Positions 43,692-58,356 of a stretch of DNA of 64,000 nt are shown here, piece after piece. The stretch lies in the sequence record NC_054909.1. One strand, 5' to 3'. This stretch comes from Escherichia phage EC121. The notes below the pieces were generated by a model that saw nothing but the letters and a program-made list of their open reading frames with translations, had not been told where the DNA came from and searched no databases. The position numbers and the translations under genes are program-made. Numbering within the stretch: position 1 is the first letter of the stretch; each line of letters opens with the position of its first letter.

Positions 43692-43938
43692 AAAGTTCAA
43701 CTACCTCTTCAGTTTCAGCTTCAAACACATCACGGTTATCTTTATGATACAAAGCTAATAGACGATTAAACATCTTACCATCAACGCCAAGTTCATCTTT
43801 GGCACGAATTCGAATATCTTTAATCAGTTCATTATAACCGGAAATTTTCAGTTTATGATCAGATGCTTCTTTAATAAATTTAGCCAAGTCTTCGCCATGG
43901 ATAGCTTCATCAAATTCAACCATTTCTTTTTTAGCCAT
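43669..43938 (-). CDS. dsbA: dsDNA-binding protein DsbA (late transcription enhancer)
   Basis: 89 aa (T4 DsbA length); synteny 33-dsbA-rnh. Confidence 0.8.
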   Translation of the reverse strand: MAKKEMVEFDEAIHGEDLAKFIKEASDHKLKISGYNELIKDIRIRAKDELGVDGKMFNRLLALYHKDNRDVFEAETEEVVELYDTVFSK

Positions 43939-43946
43939 TATTCACC

Positions 43947-44864
43947 TCAAAATTCATTAATGCTATTAGTTAATTTAGAAAGACCCGCTTTTACAAAATA
44001 TGAATAAATTTTGCCACGCGGTGGTAATTTATATGAATTATAGTAATTCACAATGTTTGAAGCAATATTATCAGGAATATAATCAAAATCAATTAGAACT
44101 AAATTTTCTTTATAACGATTATATTCAGATTCTGTGAGAAGCACCTTAGCTTGCTCACGGTCATTAGCAATGGCTTCAACGATTGAAGTTTTCATTGAAG
44201 GAGTTCGTTCACCTTCAACTTTGGTAAACCAAAAGTCAGATCGCACTTTAACTGAAGCAACGTTATCCTTTTTGTCGCCTTTAAGGATTTTAGTCATACA
44301 GTCAATTTCAGCAGAACCGCTTTTAATTTTAACCCATTTCTTGTGCATCGGTGACCATTGCTTAACATTTGGGTATTTGTGAAGTTGAGTAAAGTCACCA
44401 TCCGATGAAATGATTAAAATCTTATGCCCTTCTAAAGAGAACTTTTTAACAAGAACAGCAATATGGTCATCTGCTTCATACTTATCAATATCCATAACGA
44501 TGTATGGCATATAAGCTTTCAATTCATCTATAACTTTATGACTGGATTCAAAATAACCTTCCCAGTCCCAAGTAGATTCTTCTCGTGCTTTTCCACGGTT
44601 TTTCTTATAATAATAGGCGAAATCACGACGCCAATATCCAGATTTCGCGTTATCAATACACAGTACAATTTTAGTGTATCCAAGCGTTTTTGCTTTTTTG
44701 ACATTAAACTTAATTGAGTTCAATATCAAATGACGAACCATTGATAAATTAATTTTTTCTTTATCTGGAAAGTTTACTAGAGCAGTCGAAAGTGCAATTT
44801 GACTAAAGTCAATTAAGCAAATTCCTTCTTTGTAATCTTCATCCAGCATCATTTCTAAATCCAT
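43947..44864 (-). CDS. rnh: RNase H / 5'-3' exonuclease (FEN family)
   Basis: 305 aa from MDLEMMLDEDYKEGICLIDFSQIALS… (T4 RNase H). Confidence 0.85.
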   Translation of the reverse strand: MDLEMMLDEDYKEGICLIDFSQIALSTALVNFPDKEKINLSMVRHLILNSIKFNVKKAKTLGYTKIVLCIDNAKSGYWRRDFAYYYKKNRGKAREESTWDWEGYFESSHKVIDELKAYMPYIVMDIDKYEADDHIAVLVKKFSLEGHKILIISSDGDFTQLHKYPNVKQWSPMHKKWVKIKSGSAEIDCMTKILKGDKKDNVASVKVRSDFWFTKVEGERTPSMKTSIVEAIANDREQAKVLLTESEYNRYKENLVLIDFDYIPDNIASNIVNYYNSYKLPPRGKIYSYFVKAGLSKLTNSINEF

Positions 44865-44926
44865 ATGAACCTCGTTCAATTAGTGAGATTTCTATTATAT
44901 ACTATCCAAATCTTAAAGTAAACAAG

Positions 44927-44934
44927 TATAAATA
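44927..44934 (+). promoter_or_regulatory. Late promoter for gene 34
   Basis: TATAAATA about 35 nt upstream of the gene 34 ATG. Confidence 0.6.
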
Positions 44935-44968
44935 CTTATTATTGAAAACACAATAGGAGCCCGGGAGA

Positions 44969-47900
44969 ATGGCCGAGATTAAAAGAAAGTTCAGAGCAGA
45001 AGATGGTCTGGACGCAGGTGGCGATAAAATAATCAACGTAGCTTTAGCTGATCGTGCCGTAGGAACTGACGGTGTTAACGTTGATTACCTAATTCAAGAA
45101 AACACAGTTCAACAATATGATCCAACTCGTGGATATTTAAAAGATTTTGTAATCATTTATGATAACCGCTTTTGGGCTGCTATAAATGATATTCCAAAAC
45201 CAGCAGGAGCTTTTAATAGTGTACAATGGAGAGCATTACGTACTGATGCTAATTGGACAACTGTTTCATCAGGACCTTATCAATTAAAGTCAGGCGAATC
45301 AATTTCAGTTGATACTGCAGCTGGTAATGACATTACATTTACTTTGCCATCTTCTCCAATTGATGGAGATACTATCGTTCTTCAAGATATTGGTGGAAAA
45401 CCTGGTGTTAACCAAGTTTTAATTGTAGCTCCAGTGCAAAGTATTGTAAACTTCAGAGGCGAACAAGTACGTTCAGTACTAATGACTCATCCAAAATCGC
45501 AGATAGTTTTAATTTTTAGTAATCGTCTGTGGCAAATGTATGTTGCTGATTATAGCAGAGAAGCTGTAGTCGTAACACCGGCAAGTCTTTATCAGGCGCA
45601 ATCTAACGATTTTATCGTGCGCAGATTTACTTCAGCCGCGGCGATTAATATTAAACTTCCGAGATTTGCTAATCATGGCGATATTATTAATTTCGTCGAT
45701 TTAGACAAATTAAATCCACTTTATCATACAATTGTTACTACATACGATGAAACAACTTCAGTGCAAGAAGTTGGAACTCATTCCATTGAAGGCCGTACAT
45801 CGATTGATGGTTTCTTGATGTATGATGATAATGAGAAATTGTGGAGATTGTTTGACGGGGATAGTAAAGCACGTTTACGCATTATAACAACTAATTCTAA
45901 TATTCGTCCAAATGAAGAAGTCATGGTATTTGGCGCGAATAATGGAACAACCCAAACAATTGAACTTCAGCTTCCAACCGATATTTCCATTGGTGATACT
46001 GTTAAAATTTCCATGAATTACATGAGAAAAGGCCAAACAGTTAAAATCAAAGCTGCCGGTGAAGATAAAATTGCTTCTTCAGTTCAGTTGTTGCAATTCC
46101 CAAAACGTTCAGAATATCCGCCTGAAGCTGAATGGGTGACTGTTCAAGAATTAGTTTTTAACGGTGAAACTAATTATGTTCCAGTTTTACAACTTGCTTA
46201 TATAGAAGATTCTGACGGAAAATACTGGGTTGTACAACAAAACGTTCCAACAGTTGAAAGAGTTGATTCTTTAAATGATTCTACTAGAGCAAGATTAGGC
46301 GTAATAGCTTTAGCTACACAAGCTCAAGCTAACGTCGATTTAGAAAATTCTCCGCAAAAAGAATTAGCAATTACACCAGAAACATTAGCTAATCGTACTG
46401 CTACAGAAACTCGTAGAGGTATCGCAAGAATAGCAACTACTGCCCAAGTGAACCAGGATACTACATTCTCTTTTGCTGATGATATTATCGTCACTCCTAA
46501 AAAGCTGAATGAAAGAACTGCTACAGAAACTCGTAGAGGTGTTGCTGAAATTGCTACGCAACAAGAAACTAATGCAGGTACTGATGATACTACAATCATC
46601 ACTCCTAAAAAGCTTCAAGCTCGTCAAGGTTCTGAATCATTATCTGGTATTGTAACCTTTGTATCTACTGCAGGTGCTACTCCAGCTTCTAGCCGTGAAT
46701 TAAATGGTACGAATGTTTATAATAAAAACACTAATAATTTAGTTGTTTCGCCTAAAGCTTTGGATCAGTATAAAGCTACTCCAACGCAACAAGGTGCAGT
46801 AATTCTAGCAGTCGAAAGTGAAGTAATTGCTGGACAAAGCCAAGAAGGATGGGCAAATGCGGTTGTAACGCCAGAAACGTTACATAAAAAGACATCAACT
46901 GATGGAAGAATTGGTTTAATTGAAATTGCTACGCAAAGTGAAGTTAATACAGGAACTGATTATACACGTGCAGTCACTCCTAAAACTTTAAATGACCGTA
47001 GAGCAACTGAAAGTTTAAGTGGTATAGCTGAAATTGCTACACAAGTTGAATTCGACGCAGGCGTCGACGATACTCGTATCTCTACACCATTAAAAATTAA
47101 AACTAGATTTAATAGTACTGATCGTACTTCTGTTGTTGCTCTATCTGGATTAGTTGAATCAGGAACTCTCTGGGACCATTATACCCTTAATATTCTTGAA
47201 GCAAATGAGACACAGCGTGGTACACTTCGTGTAGCTACACAAGTTGAAGCTGCTGCAGGAACATTGGATAATGTTCTAATAACTCCTAAAAAGCTTTTAG
47301 GTACTAAATCTACTGAAGCACAGGAAGGCGTTATTAAAGTTGCAACTCAGTCTGAAACTGTAGCTGGAACGTCAGCAAATACTGCTGTATCTCCAAAAAA
47401 TTTAAAATGGATTGTGCAGAGTGAACCTACTTGGGCAGCTACTACCCTGGTAAGAGGTTTTGTTAAAACTTCATCTGGTTCAATTACATTCGTTGGTAAT
47501 GATACAGTTGGTTCAACACAGTCATTAGAATTATACGAGAAAAATAGCTATGCAGTATCGCCATATGAATTAAACCGTGTATTAGCAAATTATTTGCCGT
47601 TAAAAGCAAAAGCCGTAGATAGTAATTTACTGGATGGTCTAGATTCATCTCAGTTCATTCGTAGGGATATTGCACAAACGGTTAATGGTTCACTAACCTT
47701 AACCCAACAAACGAATCTGAGTGCCCCTCTTGTATCATCTAGTACTGCTACGTTTGGTGGATCAGTTTCAGCAAATAGTACACTAACCATTTCTAATACT
47801 GATGGAACAGCAACTCGTCTGATTTTTGAGAAAGGACCTCAAACTGGAACGAACCCGGCTCAAACGATGACAGTCAGCGTGTGGGGGAATCAATTTAGTG

Positions 47901-48841
47901 GGGAATCAAACACAACACGTTCTACCGTATTTGAAGTTAGTGATGAAACATCTTATCACTTTTATTCTCAACGCGATAAAGATGGTAATATAGCATTTAG
48001 CATTAATGGTACTGTAATGCCAATAAATGTGAATGCTTTAGGTTCTTTGAACGCGAACGGCGTTGCAACATTCGGTAGTTCAGTTACTGCTAATGGCGAA
48101 TTTATCAGTAAATCGTCGAATGCTTTTAGAGCAATAAACGGTGATTATGGATTCTTTATTCGTAATGATGCTGCTAACACCTATTTTATGCTTACTGCAT
48201 CTGGTGATCAGACTGGTGGATTTAATGGATTACGTCCATTATCAATTAATAATCAATCTGGTCAGGTTACAATTGGTGAAAGCTTAATCATTGCCAAAGG
48301 TGCTACTATAACTTCAGGTGGTTTAACTGTCAACTCGAGAATTCGTTCTCAGGGTACTAAAACCTCTGATTTATATACTCGTGCGCCAACATCTGATACT
48401 GTAGGATTCTGGTCAATCGATATTAATGATTCAGCCACTTATAACCAGTTCCCGGGTTATTTTAAAATGGTTGAAAAAACTAATGAAGTGACTGGGCTTC
48501 CATACTTAGAACGCGGTGAAGAGGTTAAATCTCCTGGTACGCTGACTCAATTTGGTAACACACTCGATTCGCTTTACCAAGATTGGATTACTTATCCAAC
48601 GACCCCAGAAGCGCGCACCAGTCGCTGGACGCGTACATGGCAGAAAACCAAAAACTCTTGGTCAAGTTTTGTTCAGGTATTTGATGGGGGTAACCCTCCT
48701 CAGCCATCTGATATCGGTGCTTTACCATCTGATAATGCTATAATGGGGAATCTTACTATTCGTGATTTCTTACGAATTGGTAATGTTCGCATTATTCCTG
48801 ACCCAGTGAATAAAACGGTTAAATTTGAATGGGTTGAATAA
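44969..48841 (+). CDS. 34: Long tail fibre proximal subunit gp34
   Basis: 1290 aa; MAEIKRKFRAEDGLDAGGDKIINVALADRAVGTDGVNVDYLIQE… matches T4 gp34; internal repeated TPxxLxxRxATExxRG(I/V)AxIAT units. Confidence 0.95.
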   Translation: MAEIKRKFRAEDGLDAGGDKIINVALADRAVGTDGVNVDYLIQENTVQQYDPTRGYLKDFVIIYDNRFWAAINDIPKPAGAFNSVQWRALRTDANWTTVSSGPYQLKSGESISVDTAAGNDITFTLPSSPIDGDTIVLQDIGGKPGVNQVLIVAPVQSIVNFRGEQVRSVLMTHPKSQIVLIFSNRLWQMYVADYSREAVVVTPASLYQAQSNDFIVRRFTSAAAINIKLPRFANHGDIINFVDLDKLNPLYHTIVTTYDETTSVQEVGTHSIEGRTSIDGFLMYDDNEKLWRLFDGDSKARLRIITTNSNIRPNEEVMVFGANNGTTQTIELQLPTDISIGDTVKISMNYMRKGQTVKIKAAGEDKIASSVQLLQFPKRSEYPPEAEWVTVQELVFNGETNYVPVLQLAYIEDSDGKYWVVQQNVPTVERVDSLNDSTRARLGVIALATQAQANVDLENSPQKELAITPETLANRTATETRRGIARIATTAQVNQDTTFSFADDIIVTPKKLNERTATETRRGVAEIATQQETNAGTDDTTIITPKKLQARQGSESLSGIVTFVSTAGATPASSRELNGTNVYNKNTNNLVVSPKALDQYKATPTQQGAVILAVESEVIAGQSQEGWANAVVTPETLHKKTSTDGRIGLIEIATQSEVNTGTDYTRAVTPKTLNDRRATESLSGIAEIATQVEFDAGVDDTRISTPLKIKTRFNSTDRTSVVALSGLVESGTLWDHYTLNILEANETQRGTLRVATQVEAAAGTLDNVLITPKKLLGTKSTEAQEGVIKVATQSETVAGTSANTAVSPKNLKWIVQSEPTWAATTLVRGFVKTSSGSITFVGNDTVGSTQSLELYEKNSYAVSPYELNRVLANYLPLKAKAVDSNLLDGLDSSQFIRRDIAQTVNGSLTLTQQTNLSAPLVSSSTATFGGSVSANSTLTISNTDGTATRLIFEKGPQTGTNPAQTMTVSVWGNQFSGESNTTRSTVFEVSDETSYHFYSQRDKDGNIAFSINGTVMPINVNALGSLNANGVATFGSSVTANGEFISKSSNAFRAINGDYGFFIRNDAANTYFMLTASGDQTGGFNGLRPLSINNQSGQVTIGESLIIAKGATITSGGLTVNSRIRSQGTKTSDLYTRAPTSDTVGFWSIDINDSATYNQFPGYFKMVEKTNEVTGLPYLERGEEVKSPGTLTQFGNTLDSLYQDWITYPTTPEARTSRWTRTWQKTKNSWSSFVQVFDGGNPPQPSDIGALPSDNAIMGNLTIRDFLRIGNVRIIPDPVNKTVKFEWVE
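46397..46540 (+). repeat. Intragenic direct repeats in gene 34 (two perfect 24-bp copies 120 bp apart)
   Basis: ACTGCTACAGAAACTCGTAGAGGT at 46397-46420 and 46517-46540, encoding the repeated TATETRRG motif; explains spurious antisense ORFs. Confidence 0.8.
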
Positions 48842-48849
48842 GAGGTATT

Positions 48850-49965
48850 ATGGAAAAATTTATGGCAGAGTTTGGACAAGGATATGTCCAAACGCCATTT
48901 TTATCGGAAAGCAATTCAGTAAGATATAAAATAAGCATAGCGGGTTCTTGCCCGCTTTCTACAGCAGGACCATATGTCAAATTTCAGGATAATCCTATCG
49001 GAAGTCAAACATTTAACGCAGGTCTTCATTTAAGAGTTTTTGACCCTTCTACGGGAGCATTAGTTGATAGTAAGTCATATGCTTTTTCGGCTTCAAATGA
49101 TACTACATCAGCTGCTTTTGTTAGTTTCATGAACTCTTTGACGAATAATAGACTTGTTGCTATATTAACTAGCGGAAAGGTTAATTTTCCTCCTGAGGTA
49201 GTATCTTGGCTAAGAGCCACAGGAACGTCTGCTTTTCCATCTGATTCTATATTGTCAAGATTTGACGTATCATATGCTGCTTTTTACACTTCTTCTAAAA
49301 GAGCTATTGCATTAGAACATGTTAAACTAAGTAATAGAAAAAGCACAGATGACTATCAAACTATTTTAGATGTTGTATTTGACAGTTTAGAAGACGTTGG
49401 AGCTACGGGATTTCCTAAAAGAACATATGAAAGCGTTGAGCAATTTATGTCAGCGGTTGGTGGAACTAATAACGAAATTGCACGTTTGCCAACTTCATCC
49501 GCGATAAGTAAACTCTCTGATTATAATTTAATTCCTGGCGATGTTCTTTATCTTAAAGCACAGTTATATGCTGATGCCGATTTACTTGCGCTTGGAACTA
49601 CAAATATATCTATCCGTTTTTATGATGAATCGAATGGATATATTTCTTCAACACATGCCGAGTTTACCGGACAAGCTGGGTCATGGGAATTAAAGGAAGA
49701 TTATGTAGTTATTCCAGAAAACGCAGTAGGATTTACGATATATGCACAAAGAACTGCTCAAGCTGGTCAAGGCGGCATGAGAAATTTAAGCTTTTCTGAA
49801 GTATCAAGAAATGGTGGAATTTCAAAACCTGCTGAATTTGGCGTCAATGGTATTCGAGTTAATTATGTCTGTGAATCTGCTTCACCTCCGGATATAATGG
49901 TACTTCCTACGCAAGCATCGTCTAAAACTGGTAAAGTGTTTGGACAAGAATTTAGAGAAGTTTAA
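48850..49965 (+). CDS. 35: Long tail fibre hinge connector gp35
   Basis: 371 aa (T4 gp35 is 372 aa); synteny. Confidence 0.85.
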   Translation: MEKFMAEFGQGYVQTPFLSESNSVRYKISIAGSCPLSTAGPYVKFQDNPIGSQTFNAGLHLRVFDPSTGALVDSKSYAFSASNDTTSAAFVSFMNSLTNNRLVAILTSGKVNFPPEVVSWLRATGTSAFPSDSILSRFDVSYAAFYTSSKRAIALEHVKLSNRKSTDDYQTILDVVFDSLEDVGATGFPKRTYESVEQFMSAVGGTNNEIARLPTSSAISKLSDYNLIPGDVLYLKAQLYADADLLALGTTNISIRFYDESNGYISSTHAEFTGQAGSWELKEDYVVIPENAVGFTIYAQRTAQAGQGGMRNLSFSEVSRNGGISKPAEFGVNGIRVNYVCESASPPDIMVLPTQASSKTGKVFGQEFREV

Positions 49966-49970
49966 ATTGA

Positions 49971-49996
49971 GGGAGCCTTCGGGTTCCCTTTTTCTT
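49971..49996 (+). terminator. Rho-independent terminator after gene 35
   Basis: GGGAGCC-TTCG-GGTTCCC hairpin followed by TTTTTCTTT. Confidence 0.6.
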
Positions 49997-50004
49997 TATA
50001 AATA
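49997..50004 (+). promoter_or_regulatory. Late promoter for genes 36-37-38
   Basis: TATAAATA 24 nt upstream of the gene 36 ATG. Confidence 0.6.
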
Positions 50005-50027
50005 CTATTAAAATAAAGGGGCATACA

Positions 50028-50684
50028 ATGGCTGATTTAAAAGTAGGTTCAACAACTGGAGGCTCTGTCATTTGGCATCAAGGAAATTTTCCATTGAATC
50101 CAGCCGGTGACGATGTACTCTATAAATCATTTAAAATATATTCAGAATACAATAAACCACAAGCTGCTGATAACGATTTCGTTTCTAAAGCTAATGGTGG
50201 TACATATTTAAATAAAGTAATTTTTAATAAAGGAATGACTGTTCCTGGTGCAGGGTCAGGTGACAATGGTATTTTTGCTGGTCCTGGTGATAGTGCCACG
50301 TATGATACTACAAATATGGATATTGTTTCGTGGTATGGTGTTGGTTTTAAATCATCACAAGGAACAGCAGGTAGAACTGTAGTAATTAACACACGAAATG
50401 GAGATATTAGCTCAAAGGGCGTAATTGAAGCATCACAAATCCGTGTAACTTCGTTATCACCAGTAAATAATTATGACCTTACGCGGAAAGATTATGTTGA
50501 TGGAGCAATAAATATTGTTACAGCAAACGCAAACTCTAGGGTATTACGCTCTGGAGACACTATGATAGGAAATTTAACTGCGCCAAACCTTTTTTCACAG
50601 AATCCTGCATCTCAACCCTCGCATGTTCCACGATTTGACCAAATTGTTATTAAGGATTCTGTTCAAGATTTCGGCTATTATTAA
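50028..50684 (+). CDS. 36: Long tail fibre distal connector gp36
   Basis: 218 aa; synteny. Confidence 0.85.
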   Translation: MADLKVGSTTGGSVIWHQGNFPLNPAGDDVLYKSFKIYSEYNKPQAADNDFVSKANGGTYLNKVIFNKGMTVPGAGSGDNGIFAGPGDSATYDTTNMDIVSWYGVGFKSSQGTAGRTVVINTRNGDISSKGVIEASQIRVTSLSPVNNYDLTRKDYVDGAINIVTANANSRVLRSGDTMIGNLTAPNLFSQNPASQPSHVPRFDQIVIKDSVQDFGYY

Positions 50685-50692
50685 GAGGACTT

Positions 50693-54815
<4,123 letters not shown>

Positions 54816-54845
54816 TTTGAATAAATATCCTTAAAAGGAGGGTCT

Positions 54846-55502
54846 ATGGCAGCACCTAGAATATCATTTTCGCCCTCTGATATTCTGTTGGGTGTTCTAG
54901 ATCGCTTGTTCAAAGATAACGCTACCGGGAAGGTTCTTGCTTCCCGAGTAGCTGTCGTAATTCTTTTATTTATGATGGCGATTGTTTGGTATAGGGGAGA
55001 TAGTTTCTTTGAGTACTATAAGCAATCAAAGTATGAAACATACAGTGAAATTATTGAAAAGGAAAGAAATGCACGCTTTGAATCTGTCGCCCTGGAACAA
55101 CTCCAGATAGTTCATATATCATCTGAGGCAGACTTTAGTGCGGTGTATTCTTTCCGCCCTAAAAACTTAAACTATTTTGTTGATATTATAGCATATGAAG
55201 GAAAATTACCTTCAACAATAAGTGAAAAATCACTTGGAGGATATCCTGTTGATAAAACTATGGATGAATATGCAGTTCATTTAAATGGACGTCATTATTA
55301 TTCCAACTCAAAATTTGCTTTTTTACCAACTAAAAAGCCTACTCCCGAAATAAACTACATGTACAGTTGTCCATATTTTAATTTGGATAATATCTATGCT
55401 GGAACGATAACCATGTACTGGTATAGAAATGATCATATAAGTAATGACCGCCTTGAATCAATATGTGCTCAGGCGGCCAGAATATTAGGAAGGGCTAAAT
55501 AA
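54846..55502 (+). CDS. t: Holin T
   Basis: 218 aa; MAAPRISFSPSDILLGVLDRLFKDNATGKVLASRVAVVILLFMMAIVWYRG… matches the T4 holin, with one transmembrane domain and a large periplasmic domain. Confidence 0.92.
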   Translation: MAAPRISFSPSDILLGVLDRLFKDNATGKVLASRVAVVILLFMMAIVWYRGDSFFEYYKQSKYETYSEIIEKERNARFESVALEQLQIVHISSEADFSAVYSFRPKNLNYFVDIIAYEGKLPSTISEKSLGGYPVDKTMDEYAVHLNGRHYYSNSKFAFLPTKKPTPEINYMYSCPYFNLDNIYAGTITMYWYRNDHISNDRLESICAQAARILGRAK

Positions 55503-55775
55503 TTATTTGTTCGTATACATCTCTAGATATCGATATACACCCTCAAAACCCTCGTTGAATTCGTCGATGAGGGTTTTCTTATCTTCCTGAGTTAATTCAG
55601 AAACAATTTTACGGAATGAATTCTGATTTAACTTTCTACCTTCATGCGTTACTCCAATCTCATTCAGAAATGCAATAAAATTAGCACGATTTTCAACAAT
55701 ATCTTCTCTGGAAAATTTAATCAAAATAGACGCAACAGTAATAATTTCACGAACTGTATCAATGTTTTTATTCAT
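55503..55775 (-). CDS. asiA: Anti-sigma-70 factor AsiA
   Basis: 90 aa; MNKNIDTVREIITVASILIKFSREDIVENRANFIAFLNEIG… matches T4 AsiA. Confidence 0.92.
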   Translation of the reverse strand: MNKNIDTVREIITVASILIKFSREDIVENRANFIAFLNEIGVTHEGRKLNQNSFRKIVSELTQEDKKTLIDEFNEGFEGVYRYLEMYTNK

Positions 55776-55787
55776 TAACTATACCAC

Positions 55788-55940
55788 TCAATTAGTTGAC
55801 TTTGTTATAATATCATCAGACGCTTGATTTGTAAACTGGTCTGTGTTATTTTCTTCAAAAATTTTTTCTACGAATTCCTTGAACGACTCACGTTCCTGAG
55901 CTGCATTATGCTCGATTACCTTTTCAAGATTATGACTCAT
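55788..55940 (-). CDS. Small acidic hypothetical protein, not in ORF track
   Basis: 50-aa ORF read by hand (MSHNLEKVIEHNAAQERESFKEF…); ATGA overlap with the arn stop. Confidence 0.35.
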   Translation of the reverse strand: MSHNLEKVIEHNAAQERESFKEFVEKIFEENNTDQFTNQASDDIITKSTN

Positions 55941-56215
55941 TCGAAATAATCTTCAATTTCGTAATCATGGACGTAAATCATTATAGTTTTTAATACATCA
56001 TCAATACTTTTTCCTGGAGCTGGAATTACGTAAAAATATCCTGCTTTTGGGAGGTCTTTATAAGTTCCAATTAAGAAATCATTATTCTCAAGATGCAGTT
56101 CTTCAACTAATTCATCGACAATTGAGTGGTATAAATTTGGTAGAAACTTATATAGCTTTTCTAGAATGTCAATTTTGATTGTATATTGAACCACAGATTG
56201 AGAATCAATAATCAT
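55937..56215 (-). CDS. arn: Arn-like anti-restriction (McrBC inhibitor) protein
   Basis: 92 aa, acidic; position between asiA and motA as in T4; named by size and synteny. Confidence 0.55.
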   Translation of the reverse strand: MIIDSQSVVQYTIKIDILEKLYKFLPNLYHSIVDELVEELHLENNDFLIGTYKDLPKAGYFYVIPAPGKSIDDVLKTIMIYVHDYEIEDYFE

Positions 56216-56298
56216 AGACCTTCCCCTTATGTTTCTGTTTGCGATTAGATTCTTTAAACGCTTTCTTCTTATCTTTATGAACAGAAGCTTTATTAAAA

Positions 56299-56517
56299 TT
56301 ATGTTTTGCGACTAAATTGTTCATAGTGCTGAATTACCTCTCTTAAACATTTGCATGTGAATGAAAACTTTTTAGCTACACCACATTCAAATATATGTTC
56401 TCTTAAATCACGTGTGTCAGTATATCCCATCTCAACAATAAAATGCCGTATTAGATTTTTATCTTTATCATTGAGAGAGTTAAAATAATCGGATTTTGAA
56501 TTAATTTCCCTGGCCAA
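56299..56517 (-). CDS. Hypothetical protein
   Basis: 72-aa ORF with Cys pairs (CGVAKKFSFTCKC). Confidence 0.45.
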   Translation of the reverse strand: MAREINSKSDYFNSLNDKDKNLIRHFIVEMGYTDTRDLREHIFECGVAKKFSFTCKCLREVIQHYEQFSRKT

Positions 56518-56797
56518 ATTGAATCACCTCCAGTTGACGTTTTAGCTCTTTTATCATCTCTTCATTCATCGCAATATAAAGATCGCGTAAAGCAGGTTTT
56601 AACATTCCATTTATTGGAGAACTAAATGGGCATACATAATCTTTTCCTACGAGCTTTTTAGTGAATTCCATATCACAAAACTGAAATGCAGGTTCATTAG
56701 CATAAATTCCCCAATTAGTTGACATCATTTTATTGGCATATTCTAATGCCTGGATTTGATTAGTAATTCCATCAATTTGAAACTTTTTAATATTCAT
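56501..56797 (-). CDS. Hypothetical protein
   Basis: 98-aa ORF. Confidence 0.45.
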   Translation of the reverse strand: MNIKKFQIDGITNQIQALEYANKMMSTNWGIYANEPAFQFCDMEFTKKLVGKDYVCPFSSPINGMLKPALRDLYIAMNEEMIKELKRQLEVIQFGQGN

Positions 56798-57258
56798 TAG
56801 TAAAGGTCCTCAGAGTAAAGTTCTTTTTCACTACCACCACGTTCAATACGTACTTGTCCAGCGTAAGTTGCAATAATCATTGCTTCTTCACGTGTCCAAT
56901 AATTACTATATTGGTCAATAAACCCTTGATCATCATCACAAACTTGCTGAGTAACTAATTGAGGTTTAACTACATCTAAAACTGCTGCCATATCTTTAGA
57001 ATAATGACGAGCACCCGGAATAATAAGAGTTCGTCCATCTTTTAATTTAAAACGGTTGGCTGCGCAAACAATTCGTCGTTGATACTTTTGGTTTTCATCC
57101 CAGTATGCGGTTTGCCAACAGATTTCAGGAACTTCTGCAAGAATATCTTCTTCTGTGCATTTATAACCATGCGCTTTAAATTTTTGAACAAGACTTTCTG
57201 GAGTCTCACGAGATAAAGGAACATTCAGCATTTTTAAACGATTAATAAATGGATTCAT
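56797..57258 (-). CDS. Hypothetical protein
   Basis: 153-aa ORF, TAATG-coupled. Confidence 0.5.
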   Translation of the reverse strand: MNPFINRLKMLNVPLSRETPESLVQKFKAHGYKCTEEDILAEVPEICWQTAYWDENQKYQRRIVCAANRFKLKDGRTLIIPGARHYSKDMAAVLDVVKPQLVTQQVCDDDQGFIDQYSNYWTREEAMIIATYAGQVRIERGGSEKELYSEDLY

Positions 57259-57584
57259 TTAAACCATCCTTTAATACGTTGCCACAAAGTTTTCTGTTGA
57301 GCTTTGTTAACACCAATTGAGCGAATAACTGGTTGAGATTCCTGGAATTCTTTATAATCAGCAAGGTAAATTTCGTAAGCTGAATCCGTAAAGGAACTTA
57401 TAGCTGCCATGAAATTATTGCGAATACCCACTGGAGCATCTTTACTTTCACGAATAATCATGTATTTGCCAGTCTTAATCTTTACAATAGTTCCAAGATA
57501 AGCCCCATGGTACCAGATGTCCCACCCCTCTTGAGTAGGTTCTGCGCAACGACGAAGTTCATTAACAATTTCTAACTTGTTCAT
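57255..57584 (-). CDS. Hypothetical protein
   Basis: 109-aa ORF. Confidence 0.5.
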   Translation of the reverse strand: MNKLEIVNELRRCAEPTQEGWDIWYHGAYLGTIVKIKTGKYMIIRESKDAPVGIRNNFMAAISSFTDSAYEIYLADYKEFQESQPVIRSIGVNKAQQKTLWQRIKGWFK

Positions 57585-57594
57585 TATTTATTCC

Positions 57595-58230
57595 TCACAG
57601 TTCAGATGCTACGGTGATTACAGCTTCAATGTTTTCTGCTGAGCGTTTAATGTCAAGATACACATTACCATTTTTAGCGATTTTACATGACATACCGATA
57701 TCAGTAAATTTCTGAATATGATGTTCCATCATTTTGTATCCAAAAATTCGCATATTTCCATTGTTGTTAATTTCAAAATTACGAATTCCGTGAGTGCGTT
57801 TTTCTAAAATAGCGAGATAGTTACTACGATAAGTTTCAACCTTTTTAAGAACAAATCCATTTTCATCTAAAAGTTTTAACATGAAGTCTTTATCTTCTTC
57901 CATATCAGAAGTAATCTCGCGAGCTTTACGAGTTGCTCGTTTTTTCAGCAGTTCCGGAGCGTTTTCCTGTGCGTATAAAGTTGCTGCATTTGAAATAATA
58001 TCCTGAGCTTCACCAGTAATGATTAATCCATCACCAGATTTCTCTACCAGGCCTTTTTTAATCAATACCCCAATATTACTATTAACTACTGCATTACCTA
58101 AATCTGGATGCACCTCACGAACTTCTGCAGCTGTAATGAAATCTTTCTTAGCAATAGTAATTAAAATCGCAGCAGTTTTTTCATTCAGAATATCGTTAGA
58201 AGCTTTGATGATGTAAGTTACTTTAGACAT
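57595..58230 (-). CDS. motA: Middle-transcription activator MotA
   Basis: 211 aa; MSKVTYIIKASNDILNEKTAAILITIAKKDFITAAEVREVHPDLG… matches T4 MotA. Confidence 0.92.
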   Translation of the reverse strand: MSKVTYIIKASNDILNEKTAAILITIAKKDFITAAEVREVHPDLGNAVVNSNIGVLIKKGLVEKSGDGLIITGEAQDIISNAATLYAQENAPELLKKRATRKAREITSDMEEDKDFMLKLLDENGFVLKKVETYRSNYLAILEKRTHGIRNFEINNNGNMRIFGYKMMEHHIQKFTDIGMSCKIAKNGNVYLDIKRSAENIEAVITVASEL

Positions 58231-58265
58231 TTTCTAATCTCCGTAATTCTGTATCAGTAGTTGAT

Positions 58266-58320
58266 AGTTGTATAGTACCACAGTATGCTTTGGTTGTAAA
58301 CCGTTTTGTGAAAAAAATTT
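58266..58320 (-). promoter_or_regulatory. T4-type early promoter/leader cassette upstream of motA
   Basis: Minus strand: AAAACGGTTTACA…GGTACTATACAACTATCAACTAC… about 40 nt upstream of the motA ATG. Confidence 0.5.
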
Positions 58321-58331
58321 AAAATAAAAAA

Positions 58332-58351
58332 GGGAGAGCCTCGGCTCTCCC
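58332..58351 (-). terminator. Rho-independent terminator
   Basis: GGGAGAGC-CTCG-GCTCTCCC hairpin followed by TTTTTTATTTT on the minus strand. Confidence 0.6.
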
Positions 58352-58356
58352 TAAAA

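Noticed and set aside
46324-46627. Two minus-strand ORFs inside gene 34
   Set aside because: Produced by the internal repeat region of gene 34 read in reverse; no start context.
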